The notes under the pieces: generated by a model
What the model was told of the DNA's origin: nothing
Databases searched by the model: none
What the model saw: only the letters and a program-made list of their open reading frames with translations
Translations under genes and position numbers: made by a program
From: a virus
Virus record (IMG/VR): IMGVR_UViG_3300021478_000794
Location: 25,391 to 89,390 of that record
Direction: 5' to 3' (one strand)
Length of the DNA stretch: 64,000 nt
Shown: positions 9,416 through 19,500 of the stretch, one piece after another
Position numbering within the stretch: position 1 is the first letter of the stretch
Layout: each line of letters starts with the position of its first letter

Positions 9416-10528
9416 TTAAGAAAGAAGAGCTTTCCAAGCTTCTTCCAACTCTCTGGCTGAAGTCCCGTTCATCGTACTATTCGCTCGGGACTCTTCCGCC
9501 GAGATAAAGTTCTTGGTCTTCATAACCGGGACCGTCCGCGACCGGTCGTAAGAGACCGCTAGCGCCATCGCCAGTTTCGTATTCCCCCCGGCGATCGCCT
9601 TCCGGAAGGCCTCCATTATACGGTCGTGGGCCGCTACCTTCATAAAGTGGACCGTTACGTCGGGTTGCGAAGGATAGTCGAGGAAGTTCTTCAGCCAGTT
9701 CGAGGCTTCCTCGTTCGACATCGTTTCGTTGGCCAATTTCCCAACTTTTTCAATCAACTCCTTATTAAAGGTATCCTTCATCTCCAGGATCCGGACGACT
9801 TCTTTCGTTCGGATATGGACGAGTTTCGTATGACGGAAGGCGTACCCTTTCGACATCTTCAGTAAGTCCCCGTCGATCGTCGCCGCGACCTTAATTTCGA
9901 GGCACTTCGAGCCGTCGTGCGAGGAGTTTAGAAGGAGGTGCTGCTGGACTTCCTTCCCGCCGGGAAGAACGAGCTTCTCGTTAAGGGTAATAAAGGCGAA
10001 GACCTGGGCCCCGTTATTAAAGGAGCCGACCCGGGTAAACTCGCCCGAAGTCGCTTCGAGGAGCGGGATAACGTATTCGAGGATCTGTCGGTTCTGGACC
10101 GGAGTGTAGGTATCGCGCATTACCGCGAAGACCGTCTTCCGGTCGTCGGCCCGGCGGATCCCGGTAAAGGAGGGGACTACCCACTCGGCGTCCGGCTCGT
10201 CTTCGATTCCGGTAAGGACCGGCTTAATCCGGAAGGTTTCGACTTCGTAGTCGAGGCCGCCGAAGGCGAGGGCCTCTTCGATTTTTACCGTCGCCGGGAT
10301 CGCTCCGAAAACTCCCGAGGAGGGAGCCGGTTCCGCCGGAATAAGGTCGACCTGTACGGTAGCGGGAGCGCCGACTTCGATTACTTCGGCCTCGTCCGCC
10401 GGAGCGGTTTCGGGAAGTTCGAGGACGGGGGTTAAATTAAACCGACCGTAGAGCGAAAAATCGTTAAAAGCTTCGTCCGCTCGTTCGTCGTTTAGATCTA
10501 AGTTCGTTTCGTTATTTATATCGTTCAT
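9416..10528 (-). CDS. DUF932 family protein
   Basis: LDYEV, YTPVQN, GSFNNGAQVF, LLLNSSHDGS and RHT motifs. Confidence 0.8.
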   Translation of the reverse strand: MNDINNETNLDLNDERADEAFNDFSLYGRFNLTPVLELPETAPADEAEVIEVGAPATVQVDLIPAEPAPSSGVFGAIPATVKIEEALAFGGLDYEVETFRIKPVLTGIEDEPDAEWVVPSFTGIRRADDRKTVFAVMRDTYTPVQNRQILEYVIPLLEATSGEFTRVGSFNNGAQVFAFITLNEKLVLPGGKEVQQHLLLNSSHDGSKCLEIKVAATIDGDLLKMSKGYAFRHTKLVHIRTKEVVRILEMKDTFNKELIEKVGKLANETMSNEEASNWLKNFLDYPSQPDVTVHFMKVAAHDRIMEAFRKAIAGGNTKLAMALAVSYDRSRTVPVMKTKNFISAEESRANSTMNGTSARELEEAWKALLS

Positions 10529-10534
10529 ACCGTA

Positions 10535-10543
10535 TACATTTCG
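10535..10543 (-). promoter_or_regulatory. class A promoter motif CGAAATGTA (representative copy)
   Basis: Other copies at 4999, 8404, 8822, 16030, 31674, 35586(+), 43942(+), 55922, 56252, 57024, 57865, 60030; variant at 6587. Confidence 0.85.
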
Positions 10544-10592
10544 TGAGAAAATTCACGTTTTATATACAAAGAACGACCGGGGATAAATCTAA

Positions 10593-10892
10593 CTAGAAAA
10601 AGAGAGCGGTAACCTTCGACTTTAAGATCGCGAGCCGTTCGGAATCGACGAGACTCGTAACCTCGTCGGCGTTAAACATCCGTTCGACGACCGCTTCGAG
10701 GAAGGAAACGGTAATCTCCCCCATTAACTTCCGGATAACGAAGTTACTACAGAACTTCTCGACCCGGGCCGGATAGTTCTGCTTATCGGGGTCCGCAATC
10801 GGGTTCACCTCGATCAATAGCGCCAGTACTTCGGGACCCCGGCACGCCGGGATCTCCTGCATCGAATCCGCTTTTTGTAGATCAAAGGTCAT
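10593..10892 (-). CDS. hypothetical protein
   Basis: Translationally coupled ORF. Confidence 0.6.
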   Translation of the reverse strand: MTFDLQKADSMQEIPACRGPEVLALLIEVNPIADPDKQNYPARVEKFCSNFVIRKLMGEITVSFLEAVVERMFNADEVTSLVDSERLAILKSKVTALFF

Positions 10893-11575
10893 ATTGCCTC
10901 GCCGGGAAGAACCTTCTCCTCGCGAATTACCCGTACCATTTCGTTCCCGACGAGGGGACGTAATCCCGTTTGAAAGATGTATTTAAAAACGATCTTCGAC
11001 CAATTCTCCATCGCCTCATAATTTTCGGCCAATACCTCCCAAGGCGTTAACCGCGCTTTCGAAATATTAAGATCGTCGGTCTCCTCCCCGTTCCAGCGGA
11101 GGAGCTTTACTTCGTAGTAGAGGCCGAGATGGACCCGACCGAGCGGGTTCGAGTCGTCGTTTATTAACCCGACGAGTTCGATCCCCCGGATAAGCGAGGG
11201 TCCGACTTCTTCGAGGATCTCCCGGAGAACGGCGCTTAAAAAGGAGGGGTCCCCGGTATTGACGTGTCCGCCGAAGCCGAAACTAAACTGACGATGGAGC
11301 CGGGGGTCGCCTCCCTTCGGGCTCCGCCAATAGGAGAGGAATTGGAGCCGGTCGTGGACGGTAAAGTAAACGACGAGCTGCTTAAAGGAGGGGTCGTTCT
11401 CCGCTTTCGGGCGGGAGATCGGGACGAAGTTCCGCCGGTCGAGGAGGGGGAGATGCTCCGGGGCGAAAGGGACGATCCCCTGAAAGGCCCCTACGTCATC
11501 GAGAAGTTTCCGAGGGATCGTAAGGAGGGTTTCTATTTTCTCGGGCATAATCTTCTTTTTCCGTCTCCGTTCCAT
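10889..11575 (-). CDS. NUDIX-family phosphoesterase (COG4112-like)
   Basis: AENDPSFKQL, SFGFGGHVN, LREILEEV, GLINDD...VHLG. Confidence 0.8.
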   Translation of the reverse strand: MERRRKKKIMPEKIETLLTIPRKLLDDVGAFQGIVPFAPEHLPLLDRRNFVPISRPKAENDPSFKQLVVYFTVHDRLQFLSYWRSPKGGDPRLHRQFSFGFGGHVNTGDPSFLSAVLREILEEVGPSLIRGIELVGLINDDSNPLGRVHLGLYYEVKLLRWNGEETDDLNISKARLTPWEVLAENYEAMENWSKIVFKYIFQTGLRPLVGNEMVRVIREEKVLPGEAI

Positions 11576-12065
11576 TATTACCCGCCGTCGGCGGCGCGGC
11601 GACGATAATCTCCGGCTTTACCCCCGACCGCCGTAAGATCCCTTCGAGCCGTTTATAAAGAACCTCCATGTACTCGTCCCCGAGCCCGTTCTCCTCGAAG
11701 GAGGTAATCTGCTCCGAGTTCTTAAGATCGAGGAGAATTTCCGGTCGCCCGTTAACGAGGATCTTTTTCCTTAAGGAGCCGTTCGTCGGATGGGGCTCGT
11801 TCTCTAGTTCGAGCTTAAATTCCCGGTCTTTAAATTTTTCGGAAAGCCGCCGGAGTAAAATATCGTCCGATTTAACCTTCGATAGCAGGGTCAACGAAAG
11901 ATTAACGATTAACGAATGGTTTATCTCGGTGCAACCTCGAAGGGCGACCCCGGGTAGAGCGGTAACCGCTTGTTCGGCGATCCCTCGGGCGTCGGTTTCG
12001 TCTTTCCCGGCGACGACGATAAAAGCCGTCGAATTATCCGTCGTATAGAGAAAAGTCTTAGACAT
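11496..12065 (-). CDS. hypothetical protein
   Basis: ORF in operon. Confidence 0.6.
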   Translation of the reverse strand: MSKTFLYTTDNSTAFIVVAGKDETDARGIAEQAVTALPGVALRGCTEINHSLIVNLSLTLLSKVKSDDILLRRLSEKFKDREFKLELENEPHPTNGSLRKKILVNGRPEILLDLKNSEQITSFEENGLGDEYMEVLYKRLEGILRRSGVKPEIIVAAPPTAGNNGTETEKEDYARENRNPPYDPSETSR

Positions 12066-12107
12066 CTCTTTATACGTACGCCCCGACTTATTTCCTGATT
12101 CTTCATG

Positions 12108-12449
12108 TTAGAACGGTAAACCCTCTTCGTTCGTTTCTTCGTTCGGTCCGATTATTACCTCGATAATTTCGACCTCGCCGCTATCCAGGGCGAGCTGGAG
12201 TTTAGCGGCGAGATCGAGCGCCTTTTTAAAGTTCGGGATCGGTTTAAAATGTAAAATTACGGTCTCCTCTTCCGGCGCGAAAAAAATCGCGGCGAGATTA
12301 AGCGAAACGACGTGCAGTTCGAGGGAATTACCGGAAGGGCTCTCGAAGGTCGCCGCGACTTTTAAATCCTTATTCCCGCCCCGGAAGACGACCGCTTGGA
12401 GGCGGGCGATTAACTCTAAGACGCCCATTACGCTTATCGATCGTCCCAA
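12108..12449 (-). CDS. hypothetical protein with acidic C-terminus EEGLPF
   Basis: ORF in operon. Confidence 0.6.
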   Translation of the reverse strand: MGRSISVMGVLELIARLQAVVFRGGNKDLKVAATFESPSGNSLELHVVSLNLAAIFFAPEEETVILHFKPIPNFKKALDLAAKLQLALDSGEVEIIEVIIGPNEETNEEGLPF

Positions 12450-12679
12450 TTAACCGGTTCGGATTGCGCGGGGCGGGTCCCGAGTAAAGCCGCGACCGCC
12501 CGGATCCGGACCGGATCGAGATCGAACCGGTACCCGTAACATCCCGGGCAAAAGTTCTTCCCCCGGACGACAATCGATTCGCATCCCTCGCAAACGGCGT
12601 ACCCCTGGGGGTGGGCGATAATTTCCTCGGCGCGTTTTTTCCGGTCTAGCGGAGGCGGCGGCATAACAACGGCTTCCAT
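12434..12679 (-). CDS. zinc-ribbon protein
   Basis: CEGC...CPGC. Confidence 0.65.
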   Translation of the reverse strand: MEAVVMPPPPLDRKKRAEEIIAHPQGYAVCEGCESIVVRGKNFCPGCYGYRFDLDPVRIRAVAALLGTRPAQSEPVNWDDR

Positions 12680-12687
12680 ACTCTCGG

Positions 12688-14373
12688 TTAAATTACCCTC
12701 GTCGTATTCCCGGAATACTTATTATGTAGATAGGCGAAGAAGGAAGGCCAATCCCCCCGGTTTTCCTCGGTCGTAATCTCCGCTCGCGAGAGGTAACGGA
12801 TCCGGGCTTCGGTATGTTCCCGGCTAAAGCGGGTTAGGAAATCGACCGGCATCCAGACCGGGGTATAATTCCCGGTTTCCCCGCTCTTCGCCCGGACCCC
12901 GCGCCCGATCCGCTGGACGACCCGGACGAGGCTCGCTCCGCCCGCCGCGAGAACGACCGAACCGATCCCCCGGATATCCTCCCCTTCGTCGAAGATCGTC
13001 GAGGCGAGAAGAACCGGGGTCTCGCCCGCTTCGAAGGCGGCGACGATCGCCCGGCGTTTCTTAGTAGTATGGGAGCCGTGGATAATCCCGATCTTCGCGG
13101 CCTCGATCGGGTCGCTCGCCCGGGTAAAGTAGCCCCGGAGGTAGTAGAGCTGGGCGATCTTCTCGGCGAGGACGAGGGCGGGCCGCCCGGCGGCGAGCGA
13201 GGCCCGGACGAAATCGAGGAGATCGGCGTTCCGCTCCTCCGCGAGAATAAGCATATCCCGCCCATAATCGGGATAAAGGTAGGTCTCGTCGTCGTCCGGG
13301 TTTAAACCTTTTTCCCGGTCGACCTTTACCCGCTCCGTCCAGAGCGTCCCGTCCTCCCGGTCGACCCGTAACCCGGTAACGTAATAGTCGCTCGCCTCTT
13401 TTTCCGGCGACCAGCGGATCTTCCGCCGTTTCCCCGGCCCGTCGAGCGATTCCGGGAATTCCCGGGCGCAAGCGACCGCTTCAGCGATAAACCCGATTTT
13501 CTCCATCTCCGACCGCCGGACCCGGGTAACGATCGGTCCTCCGATCCCGATTATCGTCCAGTCGGAAACCGGGTCGTCGACCTCGGGGGTCCCGGTAAAC
13601 TGGAAGATCGGAGCCTCCTCGACCCGCCGTAAGATCCGGAGGTAAGCGTCGCCGGTAACCCGGTGGGCTTCGTCGATTATTACCGCTCCCGCTCCGGCCC
13701 AGAGCTTCGCGAGGTCCTTATCCCGGATCGTCCCCTTCGTAAAACCGTGGATCGAACTGAGCGTCTGAACGGTACTAAAGATAATTTTATCGGTCGGTCG
13801 CGGGCGTTCGCCGTCCCCGAGGAGCCCGACGAGATCCGCGATCTCGGGGCAGCGCATCTTTACCCGCTCCGCCGCTCCCCGCATTAGGCCGGTCCGATGG
13901 ACTAAAAAGAAGACCGGCTCGGTATACTCTAGGAGGATCCGGGCGAGGAGGGTTATCGATTCCGTCTTCCCGCTCCCGGTAACCCCTTCGACGGTCCCGC
14001 CGCCCGCCCGGAGTAGCTCCCGGGTCATACGGCGCTGGTGTTCCGCAAGCGTTATCCCCTCTAGGGCGAGACTTTCGACGAGCGGAAGGTAAGGAGCCGC
14101 GACCCCGGCCCATTCGGCCTCGTAGGGGCGGTAATCGACGGCGTATCCCTCTTTCCGGGCCTCGGCGACGATCTCCGAAGCGAGCCCCCGGAGAAATTGG
14201 CCTCCTTCGCTAATCATGTGCACTCGCCCGTCCCAGTACCCCTTCCGGAAAGCATCGATCTTATACCGGTCCGGGTTTAACCAGGAGAACCGGAACCGGA
14301 GCGTCTTAAAAATCGACCATTCGCTCGGTTCCCGCTCGATACAACCGAAAAGGCCTTTAAACACGATCCTCAT
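12688..14373 (-). CDS. uvsW: SF2 DEAH helicase, UvsW-like
   Basis: TGSGKT, DEAH, TGT and QRIGRGVR motifs. Confidence 0.85.
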   Translation of the reverse strand: MRIVFKGLFGCIEREPSEWSIFKTLRFRFSWLNPDRYKIDAFRKGYWDGRVHMISEGGQFLRGLASEIVAEARKEGYAVDYRPYEAEWAGVAAPYLPLVESLALEGITLAEHQRRMTRELLRAGGGTVEGVTGSGKTESITLLARILLEYTEPVFFLVHRTGLMRGAAERVKMRCPEIADLVGLLGDGERPRPTDKIIFSTVQTLSSIHGFTKGTIRDKDLAKLWAGAGAVIIDEAHRVTGDAYLRILRRVEEAPIFQFTGTPEVDDPVSDWTIIGIGGPIVTRVRRSEMEKIGFIAEAVACAREFPESLDGPGKRRKIRWSPEKEASDYYVTGLRVDREDGTLWTERVKVDREKGLNPDDDETYLYPDYGRDMLILAEERNADLLDFVRASLAAGRPALVLAEKIAQLYYLRGYFTRASDPIEAAKIGIIHGSHTTKKRRAIVAAFEAGETPVLLASTIFDEGEDIRGIGSVVLAAGGASLVRVVQRIGRGVRAKSGETGNYTPVWMPVDFLTRFSREHTEARIRYLSRAEITTEENRGDWPSFFAYLHNKYSGNTTRVI

Positions 14374-14379
14374 TTTATA

Positions 14380-14808
14380 TTAGCTATCCCATCCCGAGAT
14401 TTCGTGCATCTCCGCGATCTCGATTTCGTACCGGACCGCTCCGGCGAGCGAGTCGCCTTCGGAAACGGTAAAAAGCCGGTATCCGGCCCCGGTCGCATAC
14501 GTATTTATTACCCGGACGACTTCCTCTAACGAGGGAGCGCTCTTCTCCCAAAAGCGCTCGCTAAAAATCCGGTTCCAATTTAGTAAGAAATTAAGCGCCT
14601 CCGACCCGTTAATAACGGCCTTTAAACCGCTCGACGAATTCCAGAGGATCCGTTTTTCTAAAACTTTAAATTCGCCGTTCGCGATCTCTCCCGAAACGAT
14701 CGCGAGATCGGTATTACTTAAGACGATATTTAACGCCGGGTTGAGCGGTCGCCGGTAGACGACCGATTCGGTTTTTAGAAGCTTTAAAACCGTCTCGGAA
14801 TTAGGCAC
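14380..14808 (-). CDS. hypothetical protein with C-terminal tag
   Basis: Probable GTG start at 14808 just after the RuvC stop; ends EIEIAEMHEISGWDS*. Confidence 0.75.
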   Translation of the reverse strand: MPNSETVLKLLKTESVVYRRPLNPALNIVLSNTDLAIVSGEIANGEFKVLEKRILWNSSSGLKAVINGSEALNFLLNWNRIFSERFWEKSAPSLEEVVRVINTYATGAGYRLFTVSEGDSLAGAVRYEIEIAEMHEISGWDS

Positions 14809-14815
14809 GGGCTTT

Positions 14816-15298
14816 TTAGAGGGCGAATTTAAAGTCCCGGGCCGCCAGCGCCAGTAACCAGAGGGCGTCGGCGTGATTGTCGTCGAGAATTGCGACCCCG
14901 GGAAATTTACTTCGCGCCCCTTTAAGCATCGCCTCCTTATTGGAGTTCCCCTTTCCGGTCGCGAAACGCTTAATCTCGGTCGGAGAATAGCCTTTATAAT
15001 CAATCTCCCGCGCCGTCGCCCACCGCTCAATAATCGCCTGGAGCTTGGCCTGGTGGACGAGGGCCCCCTGCATTTTCGGCATAGCGTTCCGGGCCGCTTC
15101 GAAAACGACGAGTTTTAAAGGCGATTTCCCGCCCTCTAACGTGACCGCGATTTCGTTAAGCTTCGCTTCGAGCCGGAGCAGTTTCATCCCCCCACTCTCG
15201 TCGCGTCGGATCGATAGATCCCAAACTCCGCTCATCTCCGGCGTAACCGCCCAACCGCACGACGTCGCCGGATCGAGAGCTAGACAACTCATAATCAT
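14816..15298 (-). CDS. ruvC: RuvC-like Holliday junction resolvase
   Basis: LALDPATSCGWA, VVFE, PTEIKRFATGKGNSNKEAM, DNHADA. Confidence 0.85.
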   Translation of the reverse strand: MIMSCLALDPATSCGWAVTPEMSGVWDLSIRRDESGGMKLLRLEAKLNEIAVTLEGGKSPLKLVVFEAARNAMPKMQGALVHQAKLQAIIERWATAREIDYKGYSPTEIKRFATGKGNSNKEAMLKGARSKFPGVAILDDNHADALWLLALAARDFKFAL

Positions 15299-16011
15299 CT
15301 CCCTAATGAACGCCCATTCTGGCAATCCGAAGAGATAAAATCCGCCGTATGGAGAAGGATCCCGAGCGGCGTCGGGGCGACCGAATACTTACTCCCGGTA
15401 ACTAACGTCGACCAGCCCCCGTGGTGGAGACAGATCGCGCTTAAAGCCTGTTCGCTAAGGATAATCCCGTTCTTCGCGCAGATCCCGGCGACGATCGCCC
15501 CGTCGTCGACCGGTAGCCGGTTCGGACGGGCGATAAACCGGGGAACTTTAAACGGATCGATCGGCTCCCCGTTCTTTACGGCGTCGATCTTATAGGAAAT
15601 CGACGACTTCGTATCGTCAACCTCGACCGTAACCCCGAGTTTAAGGGCGTACTCGATCTGGGGGTTGGTCGCCGGTTCGGTATCGAAAACGTAGCGGTAA
15701 CTTTCCCCGAAAACGTAGCTACAGGCCTTATCGATATCGTGGAAGTAAGTCGCGGTAAAGACGTCGTCGATCGTAAACCGGCATTCGTCCAGTATACAGA
15801 GCGGTAAGATCGTCTGGACGTTATTCGCGACCTCTAAAATATGGTCGTAATAGCCGCCAGGATAACAATGGTGGTTAGCGCGACTAGCCGGAAAAGTCCG
15901 GATCGCCTCGATATTTTCCTTATGGAAAGCGATAATCCGGTCTTTCGTTTCCCCGTCGGAAAGAAAGTGGACTAAAACTTCGAGAAGAGGGTCGGGCTCG
16001 GCGTAAGTCAT
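15295..16011 (-). CDS. HD-domain phosphohydrolase
   Basis: PAS..HH..PGG...H, FHDIDK, HHG, LHTAD. Confidence 0.8.
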   Translation of the reverse strand: MTYAEPDPLLEVLVHFLSDGETKDRIIAFHKENIEAIRTFPASRANHHCYPGGYYDHILEVANNVQTILPLCILDECRFTIDDVFTATYFHDIDKACSYVFGESYRYVFDTEPATNPQIEYALKLGVTVEVDDTKSSISYKIDAVKNGEPIDPFKVPRFIARPNRLPVDDGAIVAGICAKNGIILSEQALSAICLHHGGWSTLVTGSKYSVAPTPLGILLHTADFISSDCQNGRSLGR

Positions 16012-16013
16012 AC

Positions 16014-16505
16014 TTAGTGCGTCTCTTCGTACATTTCGGCTCGCGCTCCCGCCGGTTTGTATTGAGCCGACCGGGTTAACGCGCAAATCTCCTTAATCGC
16101 CTCGAACTTCCGTTCAACGGTCTTTTGTATCCCCCAGAGCTGATCGACGATTTCCTCTAGATCGGAGAGGGTCGTCGAAAGTTCTCGGTAAGTTTTATCG
16201 TCCCAGATCGCCTGTTTTAACGATTCCTCGGTCGGGCGGGACCCCTTATATTTCGCCGCGTAACCGCCGTCGATTTTTAACTGGTGATAAAGGCGGCCCG
16301 CGTAGACGCAGATCTCCTGCTCGGCGACCCGCTTCCGTTTCCGCATCGTCGAGAGCCAGAACGCCGAGACGCTATACTGCTTAATCGCCGCTTCGAAGGA
16401 CTCCTGGGGGTTCTCGCCGAGGGCTTGATACTCCGAGGGGTCGAAGGAAATCGCTTTCCCGTTATGGACGAAATTAATTATGTAAGTTGGAGCTTTCGTA
16501 TGCAT
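16014..16505 (-). CDS. helical protein, possibly UvsY-like recombination mediator
   Basis: Size, helical character, PTE..LK..I..D..Y pattern and replication-gene context. Confidence 0.45.
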   Translation of the reverse strand: MHTKAPTYIINFVHNGKAISFDPSEYQALGENPQESFEAAIKQYSVSAFWLSTMRKRKRVAEQEICVYAGRLYHQLKIDGGYAAKYKGSRPTEESLKQAIWDDKTYRELSTTLSDLEEIVDQLWGIQKTVERKFEAIKEICALTRSAQYKPAGARAEMYEETH

Positions 16506-16514
16506 AAGGCCGGG

Positions 16515-19500
16515 CTACTCTTTCTTCTTAGAACCGTCGTTCCAATCCCAGAACGCTTCTACCTCGACGAATAAATCCTCTTTTGCCCCGTTCTCGACCG
16601 ATTCGACGAGAAGCTTCCCATCCCGGTACGGGTACGATACCCCCCAGCTCGGCCCGATCTCGACGTCCGTCTCGAACGGAACCTTAATCCAGCTCGTATC
16701 GAATTCCGGGAGTAACTCGGCGAAGTTCTCCTTAACCGAAGAAAGCCGGGTCCGGGCGAGTTCGGCGACCTCTTTCGCCTCTTCGAGCGGCGTATCGAAA
16801 AGGAGGGAATCGTGGACCGCCGCGAAGCTTAAGCTCCGGAGCGACCGTTTCGCGAACTCGGCGTGGATCGCGGCGAGGGCGACGATCGTTATATCGCTCG
16901 CGGCGCTCTGGACCGGGAAATTCTGGGCCTGACGCTTGGCCTCGTTCTGATCCGAGACGTCGCCGGAGTTAATACTCGCCGATAACCGCCGGATCCGCCC
17001 GAACGGGGACGGGTAATAGCCCTTCTTCGTTAGAAAGGCATGCACCTCATCCGTCCATTTCTTTAAATCCGGGTAGGCGACGTAAAACTTCTTTAAAAGA
17101 TTTTCCGCGACGTCGGCCCGGATCGCGTCCACCATTTCCTCGATCGCGCCGTAAGCGTACGGATCTTTTAGATTGAGCTTTAGTTCGTCCGCCGTTAGCT
17201 CGTAAATTTCCGACGGCGTATAGCCTCCGGCGACGAGGAGTTCCGCCCCCTCCTTCTTACAGGTAATAACGAGCCCTTGGGCTCCGGAACCGTAAATAAT
17301 TCCGAAGTTAAACCGTTTCGCGAGCGCCCGCATCTCCCGTTTTACCTTCGGCTCCGTACTCTCGGTAAACCGCTCCCCGAAAAGGAGAACGCTCGTTATC
17401 TTATGGAGATCTTCGCCTCGGAGATACGCCTCGATCATCTTCTTTTCGTTCGCTAAGGAGGCGACGACCCGTAGCTCGGCCTGACTCATGTCGGCCTGAA
17501 CGATTAGGCCCCGCTCGAACCGGGAGACGTACATATTCTTTACCTTCCCTTTCCGGGGAAAAGTCTGAAGCCTCTGGGCCCGGGTCCGTCCGGTAACCGT
17601 CCGTCCGGTCTCGATTTCGAGATGACTAAAGCCGTACCGGTCGAGTTCGTTCGTATCCGCGCCCCGGTCGAGTTCCCGGAAGGCTTTAATGAGCGGCTTA
17701 AAATAGCCGGAGTATTCCTTAACGATATCCTTATAGGTAAAGAAATCGGTGAGGGTGGGGTGGAGACCGATGAGCTGCGGCCGGGCTTCCTTCGAGAGGG
17801 AAGGAGCCCCGGTCTTCTCGGAGCGATAGTTTACCGGGAGCTTAAGATGGGTAAAAAAGAACTCGCCCATCTCCCCGCCCCCGTGGGTATTAAAGTTCGG
17901 CTTATAACCGGTCCCGGCGTTCGCCTTATAGTAAAGTTCCTCCTCCTCGTCGGCCTGGTACTCCTCGTCCTTAAGCCAGGGCTTCCATTTTTCGAGGTCG
18001 TCCTTCGCCGGATCGAGCGCCTCGTACCGGTCGGTATAGACGGCGTTAAAGACCGCTTTTACGAACTCGTTATCCTCGTACGGCGTCCCGTCCGCTAACC
18101 GGATCTCGCCCTCCTCGGTTAAAGTTCCGAGATTCGCTTTTAAGAGCTTTACGAACCGGGAGATCGCGCTCCGGACGTCCGGGGAAGCCGGAAAAAGCCG
18201 GACGAATTCCCGGTTTAGGTTCTTCGGCTGAAACATGAGTTCCCGGGCCTCTTTCCCGGCCTTCTCCCGCCGCTTAAGCTTAATAAAATCGATAATCGCC
18301 GGAGCCGACATTAGCTTATTGACCGCTTCCCGGAGAGCGATCTCGTGGTTCCGGCCCTCCCGGAAGCAAATTTCCCGGTCGACCTTTTGCCCGTTGAAGG
18401 CCATCTCCTCTAGCGCTTGCCCCTGAACCGACATTAGCCGGAACGCGATCTCTAGGAACGGTCCCCGGGGATCGGCCTTTAACTTCGCGATTAAAGCGTT
18501 CCGGATCCGGAAGTTAGCGATCGCGTCGTAAGCGTTATAAGGACCAAGAATAGCTAACGGGATCCGGGCGTACTCGCTCGCTTTAATCTTATTCTCCCGC
18601 TTATAATCCTCTAGGGTATCGTCGTAACAGTGGAGGTCGGTATAAAGGTTGCAGAGTTCCTTTAACCCCTGCGGGCCGGTCTCGTCGTTTACATAGGCGA
18701 GATACATGGTCTCCTGCCGGAGGCCGGGAAGCGGCTTCTTCCCCATCCCTAACCAAGGGTCGAACCGCGAGACGAGATTATCGAAAAGGAGGTTATGCCC
18801 TAAGGTTACCTTCCGCTCTTTCCGGAGAAGCCGCCCGATTAGGGCGGAAAGGGCGACTCGTTCGTTATGGGAAAAGAGGACCCCGACCCGGTGCCAGGTG
18901 GGGATACAGTACCCATGCTCCGGGTCCCGGGCGACCCCGAAGCTTAAGGTAATCGATTCGCGATGGAGGGCCGGGGTAATCGAGGTCGTCTCCCAGTCGT
19001 AACTTAGTTCCGTTAAGTTAGGATCGTCGATTAGTTCGGTTAGGAAATTCCGGGCCCGGTCGAAGGAGTCGAAGACGGTAATTTCCGCGTCGACGACGGT
19101 AATCTTCTTCCCGAGCGATCCGGCGAGCTTTTTAACCCGTTCCGCCCATCCGGTTATCTCCCGGACGTTCGTTAGAAGGATTGCGGGATGGAGGTCGGTA
19201 CTAACGACCGCTTTCGGGACCGTCTCGCTTAATCGCCGTAATTCCGGATCTAAGTTCCCGGCGGCGAGCGCCCGGGCGAGGATCGTCGGAAAGATATAGT
19301 CGAGGGTCGCGCCCGCCGAGGCTCCGGCGCTCGCCCGCCCGAGAAGCGGCCCGGTCGCCCCGTTCCCGAGGAGGAGGATATGTTCCGGACGGAGGAGGGT
19401 AACGAGTTCGGCGAACCGGGCGGCGTAAAAGAAGCTCTCCTCTTCCGTCGGCGGAATAATCTTATTATCCGGCCCGTAGCGGGGAGCGGTATTGAGATGG

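Noticed and set aside
9298-9507. 69-aa plus-strand ORF over the pentamer array
   Set aside because: It is antisense to the operon, crosses a terminator, and its sequence is a by-product of the repeat.
14809-15030. N-terminal extension of the 14380-15030 ORF
   Set aside because: It overlaps RuvC in another frame; a GTG at 14808 gives a non-overlapping gene.
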